DNA of 31,613 nt from Haloferacaceae archaeon (GTDB lineage: Archaea; Halobacteriota; Halobacteria; Halobacteriales; Haloferacaceae): NCBI GenBank assembly GCA_028274825.1, contig JAQCMZ010000385.1:1-31613 (forward strand), read 5' to 3'. Position numbers and translations under genes: made by a program. This document shows, piece after piece, positions 18,271 to 27,240 of this stretch (positions are counted from its first letter, which is position 1; every line of letters begins with the position of its first letter). The notes beneath the pieces were generated by a model. The model did no database searches, was not told the origin of the DNA, and saw only the letters and a program-made list of their open reading frames with translations.

Positions 18271-19670
18271 ACGTTCGCGTCCGCGGTATATACGCGACTG
18301 CGCTGACTCAGCGGTTTCTCTCGGCCGGCCACGCTATCGTGGACGCATCCCCGCCGATTCAGCGGCGATTCGACGTGGACTTCGAGACCGCACCAGTCGA
18401 TATCTCTGTCTCGACGACAGACGATCGCCAGGGAGTCGGAATCAGCGGGACTGACGACGCTGTCACAGCAGTGGCCGGTCGACTTCAGGAGATAGGCCGA
18501 GACACCCTCGGCTGGGATGACCCGACTCCGCCAGGAGCAGTCTTCGACGGTCGGGTGACGAACACAGGTGGTAGGCGAGCAGTCGTTGACCTCGGTTCTC
18601 GAGAGGGGTATCTTCCGTATGACCGGACTGACGAGTACATAGACGACGGTGATACCGTCCGAGTTCAGGTGAAAGAGACTGCCCCAGTGTGGGGAGATAC
18701 CCGTCCAGAACTCGGGACCGATCTGCACGCTCCGGCTGGGATTGTCACACTCGAACCCGGTAAAGAGACGACGGTCGCAGGGGGAAACAGCGCCGCAGCC
18801 CGAGAACTGGCGGGGATGACCGACCTGCTGGATCTAGACACGCCAGCCGGGTGGGGAATCCACTGGAGTCGCTCCGCGACTGACGCTGATCTCGATACGC
18901 TCCGTGCAGCGCTCACCCGGGCGATCGACCGTGTCGATTCGATCGAATCGGCACTCGATGATGCCCCGACTGATCCCGAGCCTCTTGCCAGCGACCCGAT
19001 TGTTGCGCCGACCCGGTGTCGGTGGCTGTGGTTCGGGCGGGAATCCCGGTTCGCGCTCGATGGCATTCGCGACGAGGTGACGACCACGATGCCCGGCCAT
19101 CACCGGACGAAGGCTGCCGCCCCGGCCGCGAGTGCAGGAGTCGATCTCGCTGAGGCACTCTGTGACCCCTCCGGAGAGTTCCCGTTCGAGGTCGTCGCCG
19201 ACCAGTTCGGTCCACACGAGGGCGACCGGGTCAGACTCGAGCATGGAAAACCCGATGGCCGGCTCATCACGCTCGGAACCGGCCGTATCTGCAGCCGTGA
19301 GGGCTCGGAACTGACGCTCGAGCGAGAGATGACCGCTGGCGGGAGTTACGACGCCCTGGGCACCCCGCGAGAGTCAGGCGATATCGCGTCGACCCGGCTC
19401 TCAGAGGGCCGATGGTGGTATCCGACGACATATCGCAGCGCCGATGGTGAGACGAAAGGGACCTACGTGAACATCTGCACCCCGGTCGAGTGTTTCCCCG
19501 CTGCTGTCCGGTACGTAGATCTTCACGTTGACGTTATCAAATACCCTGACGGGACCGTCGAACGAGTAGATGATGACGAACTCGACGCGTCGGTAGCGGC
19601 CGGCGATATCCCTGAGCCGCTGGCAGAGAAAGCACGCAACGTCGCCAGGGCAATTGAAAGCGCGCTGTGA
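18267..19670 (+). CDS. fau-1: FAU-1 AU-rich RNA-binding ribonuclease (S1 + DUF402 domains)
   Basis: N-terminal VRVRGIYATALT, MPGHHRTK, YVNICTPVE and VRYVDLHVDVIK (DUF402). Confidence 0.85.
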   Translation: MNVRVRGIYATALTQRFLSAGHAIVDASPPIQRRFDVDFETAPVDISVSTTDDRQGVGISGTDDAVTAVAGRLQEIGRDTLGWDDPTPPGAVFDGRVTNTGGRRAVVDLGSREGYLPYDRTDEYIDDGDTVRVQVKETAPVWGDTRPELGTDLHAPAGIVTLEPGKETTVAGGNSAAARELAGMTDLLDLDTPAGWGIHWSRSATDADLDTLRAALTRAIDRVDSIESALDDAPTDPEPLASDPIVAPTRCRWLWFGRESRFALDGIRDEVTTTMPGHHRTKAAAPAASAGVDLAEALCDPSGEFPFEVVADQFGPHEGDRVRLEHGKPDGRLITLGTGRICSREGSELTLEREMTAGGSYDALGTPRESGDIASTRLSEGRWWYPTTYRSADGETKGTYVNICTPVECFPAAVRYVDLHVDVIKYPDGTVERVDDDELDASVAAGDIPEPLAEKARNVARAIESAL

Positions 19671-20019
19671 GCGACCGAGATGTCAGCCGGCCGACTGTCG
19701 TGAGTAGTCCAGATCAGCCGATGTGACTCTCTTTATAGCTCTCGAGACAGTGACTGCCGTCTCACAGATCGGCAGGACGGATACTCACGGCTGCGGTCTG
19801 TCTAGTGTATTTCGGGGATAGAGACAGCAGAAATTGACTCTTCACCGACACCACCAGCCCACTCGGGAAGTCACTCTCTTCAGAGCGTCTCTTACTACAG
19901 CGGTGGGTGACTGACGTTTGCTGAGGATATCATTGCGGTGAGATTGTGATCAGCGATCTCGATGAGCGAGTGACGCTGGGAGAGGAACGAAGCCTTTAGA
20001 ACTGCTAAGCAGATATTGC

Positions 20020-20204
20020 AGGTAACTCGCTGGAAAACGAGCGATCAGCGAGCACCTGTGACTCACGTGGACTGATGGGATCCTGACCTAAGATTGGCCC
20101 TGTCGGCTCCGTCCGAGGACAGGACGAGATGTGCCCAGACCAGCGTCCCGACTCGAAGGTGACTGTTGGATCTGGGTGAATCGCAAGCGCTCGTGGAATA
20201 CACA
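20020..20204 (+). ncRNA. Structured 5' leader of rpl15e (probable eL15 r-leader)
   Basis: GAAGCCTTTAGAA promoter-like motif at ~19989-20001. Hairpins CCTGTC...GACAGG (20099-20123) and CCCAGA-CCAGC...GTTGG-TCTGGG (20134-20176). A euryarchaeal eL15 leader motif has been described, but the match was not computed. Confidence 0.55.
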
Positions 20205-20777
20205 ATGTCACGAAGTTTCTACTCGCATATCAAAGAGGCCTGGCGGAATCCCGGCGACGGGAAACTCGGCGAACTGCAATGGCAGCGCAAACAAGACTGG
20301 CGCGATGAGGGAGCAGTCGAACGGATCGACAACCCCACGCGCCTTGATAAGGCACGAGAACTCGGCTACAAAGCCAAACAGGGCGTTATTGTGGTCCGAG
20401 TAAGTGTCCGAAAAGGCGGCTCTCGGAAACAGCGACACACCGCCGGTCGTCGGTCGAAGCGACAGGGAGTCAACCGGCTCTCCCGGAGCAAGTCGATCCA
20501 GCGGATCACCGAGGAGCGTGCCTCGCGAAAGTACCGTAATCTCCGAGTGCTGAACTCGTATTGGGTCGGTGAAGACGGCTCCCAGAAGTGGCACGAAGTG
20601 ATTCTCGTCGACCCGAACCACCCCGCGATCGAGAGCGACGACGACCTCAGTTGGATCTGTGATGACTCACACAAAGGCCGAGCATTTCGCGGGCTCACCT
20701 CTGCCGGGCAGAAAGGGCGTGGCCAGCAGTCGCGCGGCAAAGGCACTGAGAAGACGCGTCCCAGCGCCGACCGATGA
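20205..20777 (+). CDS. rpl15e: 50S ribosomal protein L15e
   Basis: [70 protein letters not shown]. Confidence 0.97.
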   Translation: MSRSFYSHIKEAWRNPGDGKLGELQWQRKQDWRDEGAVERIDNPTRLDKARELGYKAKQGVIVVRVSVRKGGSRKQRHTAGRRSKRQGVNRLSRSKSIQRITEERASRKYRNLRVLNSYWVGEDGSQKWHEVILVDPNHPAIESDDDLSWICDDSHKGRAFRGLTSAGQKGRGQQSRGKGTEKTRPSADR

Positions 20778-20787
20778 TCAATTTCCG

Positions 20788-20920
20788 CGTCTCACGAGTC
20801 CCTCCGACTCCCTCCCAGAACGCTATCTGAGAAAGAATGTGGTGTGGGGCTTTCAGATCGGGAGCGCGACACTTGAAATTCCCATCGACAAACCCACGAC
20901 TTCAGTCGTGGGTTGCTGAC
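20788..20920 (+). mobile_element. Non-autonomous IS200/IS605 3'-end module (omegaRNA/sotRNA-like)
   Basis: Ends in AACCCACGAC-TTCA-GTCGTGGGTT-GCTGAC and encodes the TnpB-like C-terminal tail DKPTTSVVGC*. Aligns by eye over ~130 nt with the reverse complement of 31404-31613. Confidence 0.75.
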
Positions 20921-21452
20921 CGTCTGCTTTCATCTTACAATCTCAAACGTCCAACTTCTAGGCTCTCGATTACCCTTCATCGGGCAACATAGCGACTCTC
21001 ACTCCCCTTGAGCAGAATTCTCTGAATCGCTCTCTTAGCAGTCTGTTTGATATGATCTACTGTATCTGTCCGTTCTCATACGAAGTGCGCGAAGAGCCGC
21101 GTTGAGCAACGCTTGTGGACACAGGAGAGAGTGAAATATGCAGATCTCAGTCAGACGTCTCTGACTGGTCCACGTCGGTTTCTGTGCGTGCGGGTGGACT
21201 AGGACATCCAGGAAGCATTGCAGAGTACACATCCGCTTCACCATCACGAGTAGTATCGGATCTCTTCGAGGACATAGCCTATGACAGCGCATTATCACGC
21301 CAATAACAATAATTTCGACATCGATTGCACACATTGAAACTGGGCAGCAATAGAGAGCGAACCAGAACCCCGCCTTCTTGAGAGGAACTGCTCTGTTAGA
21401 TCGTGTGACCCGGGACACGCACCACTCGGGTCTGACTCCCACAGGTGGTTAC

Positions 21453-21497
21453 GTGAGGGGTATGAGGGGTGTGAGAGGTGTGAGAGGTGTGAGGGGT
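21453..21497. repeat. 9-nt tandem repeat x5 (RTGAGRGGT)
   Basis: GTGAGGGGT ATGAGGGGT GTGAGAGGT GTGAGAGGT GTGAGGGGT. Confidence 0.9.
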
Positions 21498-21585
21498 GTG
21501 ACACACCGAACGTGGAACGTACTCGATTTGGCGGAATCTCGCGGGAAATCCTGGAGTTCTTTTCTGTTCGGTACTACCGGTGTGT

Positions 21586-22206
21586 ATGGATTCGATCACA
21601 GTTTACGCCGACTACGTGTGTCCGTTCTGCTACTTGGGACGGTCATCGCTCCGCACGTTCAGAAAGACACGCGATGAACCGCTGACCGTACGATGGCAGC
21701 CTTTCGATCTCCGGGCGAACAAACGGGACGCCGATAATGGGATAATTGACGAGATTGACGACGGGAAAGACGAGGAGTATTACGCTCAGGCGAAACAGAA
21801 TGTGGCTCGTCTCCAGGCGAAATACGATGTCGAGATGGCACAGGATCTTGCGACAGATGTCGACTCGTGGGACGCTGGCGTCGCATCACTGTTCGTCCGC
21901 GAGCGCCACCCCGACAGTTGGGACGCGTTCGATACGGCACTGTATCGAGCCTTGTGGGTAGATCAGCGCGATATCGGTGAACTCGACGTCATCAGAGACA
22001 TCGCGACGGATGTCGGTCTCGAGGCCAGCGCGGTCGAATCAGCCGTATCAGGGTCAGAGTGGAACGATACATACCGGGAAATTATCGATGACTCGCGGGA
22101 ACCCGGGATTTCCGGAGTTCCGACGTTCGTGTACGATGGGCGAACAGCCCGGGGCGCAGTCCCTCCAGAGCAACTCCGCCGGCTCGTCGACGGTGTGAAT
22201 GCCTGA
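21586..22206 (+). CDS. DsbA/FrnE-like thioredoxin-fold oxidoreductase
   Basis: YADYVCPFCYLG (CPFC), WQPFDLR and GISGVPTFV cis-Pro motif. Confidence 0.88.
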   Translation: MDSITVYADYVCPFCYLGRSSLRTFRKTRDEPLTVRWQPFDLRANKRDADNGIIDEIDDGKDEEYYAQAKQNVARLQAKYDVEMAQDLATDVDSWDAGVASLFVRERHPDSWDAFDTALYRALWVDQRDIGELDVIRDIATDVGLEASAVESAVSGSEWNDTYREIIDDSREPGISGVPTFVYDGRTARGAVPPEQLRRLVDGVNA

Positions 22207-22374
22207 TATCTCCGTCAATATTTCACGATCTGACATTTCTGTCGGGATTCAACGATCTGGTATCTCTGTGAGTTGACGGTCCACACTGCAGCGATAAATT
22301 CCTGGGGCCCGCTCGCAGCCGTAACTTCAGAGACGAGACGCAGTCATTAGTACCGCCGGATAATACGGTCTAAT

Positions 22375-23808
22375 ATGCAACGACAGCGCGCGGAGGTGCA
22401 GCCACCGATTGCGTTGACGATCGCAGGGAGTGACAGCGGCGGCGGTGCCGGGATCCAGGCGGATCTCAAAACGATGGAGGCACACGGTGTATTCGGGACA
22501 TCAGTAATCACTGCCACGACGGCTCAGAATACACAGGGTGTACATGGAACGGAGGTGCTCCCGACCGATCATATTGCCGATCAGTACGAGGCGGTTATCG
22601 AGGATTTCGGCGTTGGCGCTGTCAAAACCGGGATGCTTGCCACCAGCGAGGTTATTCAGACTGTCACAGAACTGACTGACTCGTTCACCGGGCCGGTCGT
22701 CGTCGATCCGGTGATGGTGGCAGCGACAGGTGATCGACTGCTCACGGAGGCTGGTGAGGAAGCCTACGCGTCATTACTCGCGGATGCAACCGTGGTGACG
22801 CCGAACGCCGACGAGACAGAGGTCCTTCTAGACCGGTCAGTCTCGACGCCCGAAACCGCCCGAGAAGCAGCCGTCACTCTCGTCGAACAGGGGGCAAACG
22901 CCGCGCTGGTGAAAGGCGGCCATCTTGACGGCGATATGATCGTCGATACGTTAGCGGTGGGTCCGGATACGCACGTGCCGAGGCCGACAGAGATTAATGC
23001 CACTGTCAAGACTCACGTCGATCGGACGTCCAGTGAGGGTGCGATCGTCCGATTCGAATCGCCTCGCGTGGAGACGGACGCCACCCACGGCTCCGGTTGT
23101 GCGCTCTCGAGTGGAATCGCCGCTCGATTAGCCCGTGGTGAGTCGCTGATTCCTGCGGTCGCAGGTGCGACAGCATTCGCCGGGCGGGCGCTCCGATACG
23201 GGTTAGATGTCGGGCACGGGCCGGGAGCGATTCACCATCTCGTTGATCTGCGCGAACGAGCCGATCGCGACCCGACGGCGGAGGCTGTCGAGTCGGTGCT
23301 GTCACGTCTCGAGACAGCATCTACACGGCCGTTAGTTCCTGACTCTGGACTTGCAGTCGTCGGTGCGACAGAGTTCGCGGAGTCACCCGGTGAGGTGGCT
23401 GCCGTGGAGGGGTGTCTCGTCTGCACTCGTGACGGTGTTCGCGCACCTCGAGGAGTCCGATACGGCGCAGATTCCCGGACGACTCGAGCGTTGCTGGGCG
23501 CCCGGGAGATCACACCCGAGTATCGGTTTGCCGCTCGAATCCCAGCTGACCCAGGTGTGGAGTTGTCAGAACTGCTGGATGGGGTGTTGGAACTCCACGG
23601 CAGCCCTCTCCAGGCGGACACGCCCGCGGACTCAGATGAACAACTCGCCAGATTGCTCCGTCGTGGGCTGAGAGAGGCCCCCGAAAGCGTCTGTGTAATC
23701 GATACCGTGGGGATCGGTGGGCCTGCAGGCGCGTATCTGTTCGGAGCAGATACTGCCGCACTAACTCGCCGTCTCATCACGGTCCGAGATGCGGCCACTG
23801 AAGATTGA
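22375..23808 (+). CDS. thiD: Hydroxymethylpyrimidine/phosphomethylpyrimidine kinase ThiD fused to a divergent ThiN-like domain
   Basis: [64 protein letters not shown], followed by a ~170-aa ThiN-like C-terminal domain. Confidence 0.9.
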   Translation: MQRQRAEVQPPIALTIAGSDSGGGAGIQADLKTMEAHGVFGTSVITATTAQNTQGVHGTEVLPTDHIADQYEAVIEDFGVGAVKTGMLATSEVIQTVTELTDSFTGPVVVDPVMVAATGDRLLTEAGEEAYASLLADATVVTPNADETEVLLDRSVSTPETAREAAVTLVEQGANAALVKGGHLDGDMIVDTLAVGPDTHVPRPTEINATVKTHVDRTSSEGAIVRFESPRVETDATHGSGCALSSGIAARLARGESLIPAVAGATAFAGRALRYGLDVGHGPGAIHHLVDLRERADRDPTAEAVESVLSRLETASTRPLVPDSGLAVVGATEFAESPGEVAAVEGCLVCTRDGVRAPRGVRYGADSRTTRALLGAREITPEYRFAARIPADPGVELSELLDGVLELHGSPLQADTPADSDEQLARLLRRGLREAPESVCVIDTVGIGGPAGAYLFGADTAALTRRLITVRDAATED

Positions 23809-23954
23809 TGTCCTCCACGGGTGAAACTGGGTGTTTTTGCCCTGTTCTACTGGAAGCCACAGAGAGTTCGTTGCCCGACGAGGCGGTCTGTCGAGCCACA
23901 CGCCACAATCAGCCCCGTATCGAACGCTGCAGACCCCAGACGACGGGCCGAACT

Positions 23955-25061
23955 CTATCTGTCTGTCTCTGTGGGATACGCAGGGAGCCGGGCTGACGGC
24001 TTACCGCCGTCAACGAACGGGAGATCGACCCGAGTCGCTGGTAGTTCTTCGCCGTCGATACGTACTGCCAGCGCCTCGGTGTCGGCACCCGACTTGAGAA
24101 ACGCAAGCGCGATTGGCGTTTCTTCAGTCGGGCTCTCGACGGCGTGTGTCACTTCACCGACAGCGGCGTCGCCGGCGAACACTGCGGCGCCTGACTCGGG
24201 AAGCTTCTCTGGCCGAAGCCCGACGACTCGCTTACTCGGCCGACCGCGATTTTCGACCTTGGAGACGACTTCTTGACCTACATAACAGCCCTTCTCGAAA
24301 TCGAGCGCGTTCCGGAGTCCCACCACGTTTGGGATCTGGTCTCGAATTCCCGTGTGAAACAGCGGGGTTCCGGCTTCTGCTGCGAGGATCTCGTAGCTAT
24401 CGTAGCCGAACGGAGCGGCATTGTATCCGCGGGTGAGAAGCGTCTCAAAGATCGCAGGCGCGTCGTCGGCACCACAAACAACCTCGTAACCTTCCTCGCC
24501 GAGCAGCCCGTCAGTCGCGATTACCGTCACTCCGACAGAGTCCATCCGTCCACGGACGAATGTCAACCCCGGCTCGGGGGCGCCGGCACCGTTGAGTACC
24601 GAGGCAATCTTCTCTGTGGAGGCAGCCCCGTGAACGCCGAACACCCCGAACTCGGTGGTCGCGTCACGGATCTCGACATCCTGGATGAAGATTTTGCCCT
24701 GCCAGTCGTCGACGAGAGGTGTCACCCGGTCCGGCGGGACGAACAACAATAACCGCTCGCCAGCGTTGTAGATGTACAGTTCCGTCTCGATGGAGCCTTG
24801 TGGGTCGAGCAACAGCGCGTACGTCCCGTCCCCGTCGGTGGTCGGGACGCGGTTTGAAACCGCGTTGTCGACGTAGTCCACGCGATCGTCTCCCTCGATG
24901 ACGACGACTCCGTACCCCATCTCGATCACGCCAGCGCCGTTTCGAACTGCCAGTGCCGCACTCTCTGGCCGGCCGTAATTGGCGACAACCGAACGGCCTC
25001 CGTGGTCCCGGTACACTGCTCCGTGATCGTCGTGCAGTTCACCGACAAGTGTCATGTCCAT
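23955..25061 (-). CDS. Folate-binding aminomethyltransferase-like protein (YgfZ/GcvT family)
   Basis: DRVDYVDNAVSN, LLLDPQG, FEKGCYVGQEVVSKV (KGCYxGQE YgfZ motif). The start may be at 25061 or 25055. Confidence 0.88.
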   Translation of the reverse strand: MDMTLVGELHDDHGAVYRDHGGRSVVANYGRPESAALAVRNGAGVIEMGYGVVVIEGDDRVDYVDNAVSNRVPTTDGDGTYALLLDPQGSIETELYIYNAGERLLLFVPPDRVTPLVDDWQGKIFIQDVEIRDATTEFGVFGVHGAASTEKIASVLNGAGAPEPGLTFVRGRMDSVGVTVIATDGLLGEEGYEVVCGADDAPAIFETLLTRGYNAAPFGYDSYEILAAEAGTPLFHTGIRDQIPNVVGLRNALDFEKGCYVGQEVVSKVENRGRPSKRVVGLRPEKLPESGAAVFAGDAAVGEVTHAVESPTEETPIALAFLKSGADTEALAVRIDGEELPATRVDLPFVDGGKPSARLPAYPTETDR

Positions 25062-25190
25062 TTAGAATCGTTCCGAGAGGAAAAACACGCCGGGTATCGA
25101 CAAAACAGACGGGCGTTGTCTGCATCGCCAGACTACTCGTCTGATACTGGTTGCACGCTGGATCTCCTCTCAAGTTACAGCTGCAGCAAG

Positions 25191-25225
25191 GCGAAAGCCA
25201 CCGGCTTCAGTCGTGGGCAGTTGAC
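25191..25225 (+). mobile_element. Degenerate solo IS200/IS605-type right end (TGAC class)
   Basis: GAAAGCCACCGGC-TTCA-GTCGTGGG-CAGTTGAC. The 3' arm CTTCAGTCGTGGG is identical to the 20900-20912 copy and the 5' arm is partly mismatched. Confidence 0.65.
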
Positions 25226-25235
25226 CGGCGTATCC

Positions 25236-25535
25236 TCAGAGATCGAACTTCTGCCGGAATCGGTCGAACAGACCGTCCTCGTGGATAGTCTTCTCGTCGG
25301 AGTCGGGGACGACCTTGTCATGTGGGAACACTCGGACGGTGTCACCGTCTCTTTCAACACGAATCAGCCCGTCACGTTTCAACTCTGACAGCGCTGTTTC
25401 GATAGTGTCGATATTGCTGTCGACGGCCGCTCGGAGTTCGAGAACTGTCATACCGTCGGCCACGCGGTCACAAAGGGCGTCGAGTACCCTGACCTGCTCA
25501 TCTTGGCGATCCCGAAACTCGTCTCTGGCCTCCAT
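25236..25535 (-). CDS. Small conserved haloarchaeal winged-helix-like protein (DUF6432-like)
   Basis: MEARDEFRDR...GMTVLELRAAVDSNIDTIETALSELKRDGLI, acidic. Start at ATG 25535. Confidence 0.75.
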   Translation of the reverse strand: MEARDEFRDRQDEQVRVLDALCDRVADGMTVLELRAAVDSNIDTIETALSELKRDGLIRVERDGDTVRVFPHDKVVPDSDEKTIHEDGLFDRFRQKFDL

Positions 25536-25746
25536 ACAATTGTATTCTGTCGGCGATGGCTTACGTGTACCGCCACGGGACTTTCCGCCAGTCACCACGC
25601 ACACTCACCTGACAAGCGATCCCAGCCCGTCGCACTGGGAGCTAATTGAGTTCTATCTTGCTACCCTGTGAACACGGGGTTGTTCGAGTCAGCCGTCCGT
25701 CAGACACGACGGGGATTTTTTACCGTAGCGAGTCGGATGCCAACCA

Positions 25747-26904
25747 ATGCGACTCAGGTGTCTGCTCGGACACAACTTCGGGACTGCCGAAATCGAACGG
25801 GAACGAGAAGAGGATGGAAACCAGGTAGTCGTTACCGTCCAAGAAACAAAGCAATGTCAACGCTGTGACAAACGTCTCGTGATTAGCGAGAGCAAAGAGG
25901 TGACATCCGTCGACCAACTAACCAAAGCAGCAAACGGAACAGTCGATCCGCGTAATCCAGATACTGACGTCGAGCCTGACACGGCTACCGATTCTGGCGC
26001 CGAGTCGTCATCGGCAGACCCTCCGGTGTCTACCGTCTCTGACTCGGCTGAGATCCCCGATGCCGAACCGGAACGCGAATCTGCATCTGACGCCACTCGC
26101 GACAGCGACTCCGTATCAGCTGACACCACGGGAGATGAAGAGGCCATCACTGATGTCTCCGACGACGCCGCAATCATTCTCGACGACGAGGACGACCCTG
26201 AGTCTGAGCAGCCGGATTCGACGGGAGACTCCGAGCCCGCAATGACAGCGGATTCGCCTCGCCAGAGTCAATCCGGCGCGGAGACTGAATCCGAACCTGC
26301 CAGGCCGAATCTATCCGGTATCGAGGCCAGCGCTGAGACGGGAGTGGATTCTCAGTCAGACGATGGCGTAATTCTCGATGACGAACCGACGACCGACCCT
26401 GCCGACCGAGGTCCTGGCGAGTGGCCCGAACCCCCCGATCAAGAGAGTCAGACTGACGATGATAGCTCATCCCAACCCGATATCCAGCAAGAGTCACGGA
26501 CCGAGGATTTCGAGCCGTGGCCGGAGCAAGTGGGCGAGGATGAGGGATTTAACGCCGAGGCGGACACCGGGAATCCGTCGGCCGTCTCGACTGACACTGC
26601 CAGCGGCCTGCCAGCCGAGGACGGGCAAGACGGAGCTGGATCGACTGGATTCCAGGGTGAATCCAGAGACACTACGCCCGAACAACCCACCACTGTGGAC
26701 GATGTACACACCGGTGTCGAACGAACGGAAGCTGGGGTCGCCCACTCGAACCCCCCAGATGCCGATGCGGAGTCTGCTGGCGTCACTCTCGAGTATCTCT
26801 GTCCGGACTGTGGACACGTCGAACAAGTGAGAAACAGCCCACTGCGTGCCGGTGACATCTGCCCGGAATGTCAGCGCGGGTTTATTAGCGAACGACGAGT
26901 CTGA
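25747..26904 (+). CDS. Acidic, largely disordered haloarchaeal protein with Zn-ribbon-like motifs at both ends
   Basis: N-terminal CLLGH...CQRC and C-terminal CPDC...CPEC, with a D/E/S/T/P-rich linker. TTTTTACC TATA-like at ~25716. Confidence 0.75.
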   Translation: MRLRCLLGHNFGTAEIEREREEDGNQVVVTVQETKQCQRCDKRLVISESKEVTSVDQLTKAANGTVDPRNPDTDVEPDTATDSGAESSSADPPVSTVSDSAEIPDAEPERESASDATRDSDSVSADTTGDEEAITDVSDDAAIILDDEDDPESEQPDSTGDSEPAMTADSPRQSQSGAETESEPARPNLSGIEASAETGVDSQSDDGVILDDEPTTDPADRGPGEWPEPPDQESQTDDDSSSQPDIQQESRTEDFEPWPEQVGEDEGFNAEADTGNPSAVSTDTASGLPAEDGQDGAGSTGFQGESRDTTPEQPTTVDDVHTGVERTEAGVAHSNPPDADAESAGVTLEYLCPDCGHVEQVRNSPLRAGDICPECQRGFISERRV

Positions 26905-27204
26905 GCCCGTTACTGAATCAGGGCTAACAGCGACCGAACCGGTCTAAGTGAGATCAATTCCCAATATTCGTGCTTTCGAGAACTCGATCTTGCGGACTCT
27001 GTGGGCTGGTGAAGCCGTCGGATTCGGGGGCGTTCTGCTCCGCGCCAACGCCACTCTGTGTGACCCTATCTGATCATCCAAGTTGTCTTTCGGCATCGAG
27101 TACCACCCACGGTCAGCACACGAAAACGAAAGGATGAAACAGCTCATAACACCTTGCTAGAATCGCATGGCACGTGAGTACGGTATCAGCCCACAATGGG
27201 TGAC

Positions 27205-27218
27205 GAAAGCGGTTTACC
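27205..27218 (+). promoter_or_regulatory. BRE/TATA promoter (leaderless) of the 27241 gene
   Basis: GAAAGCGGTTTACC at canonical spacing. Confidence 0.6.
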
Positions 27219-27240
27219 ATCTGCTATCAAACGACGAAGT

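Noticed and set aside
19671-19985. Possible tRNA, SRP or RNase P RNA in the gap before rpl15e
   Set aside because: No cloverleaf, T-loop or other recognisable conserved motif.
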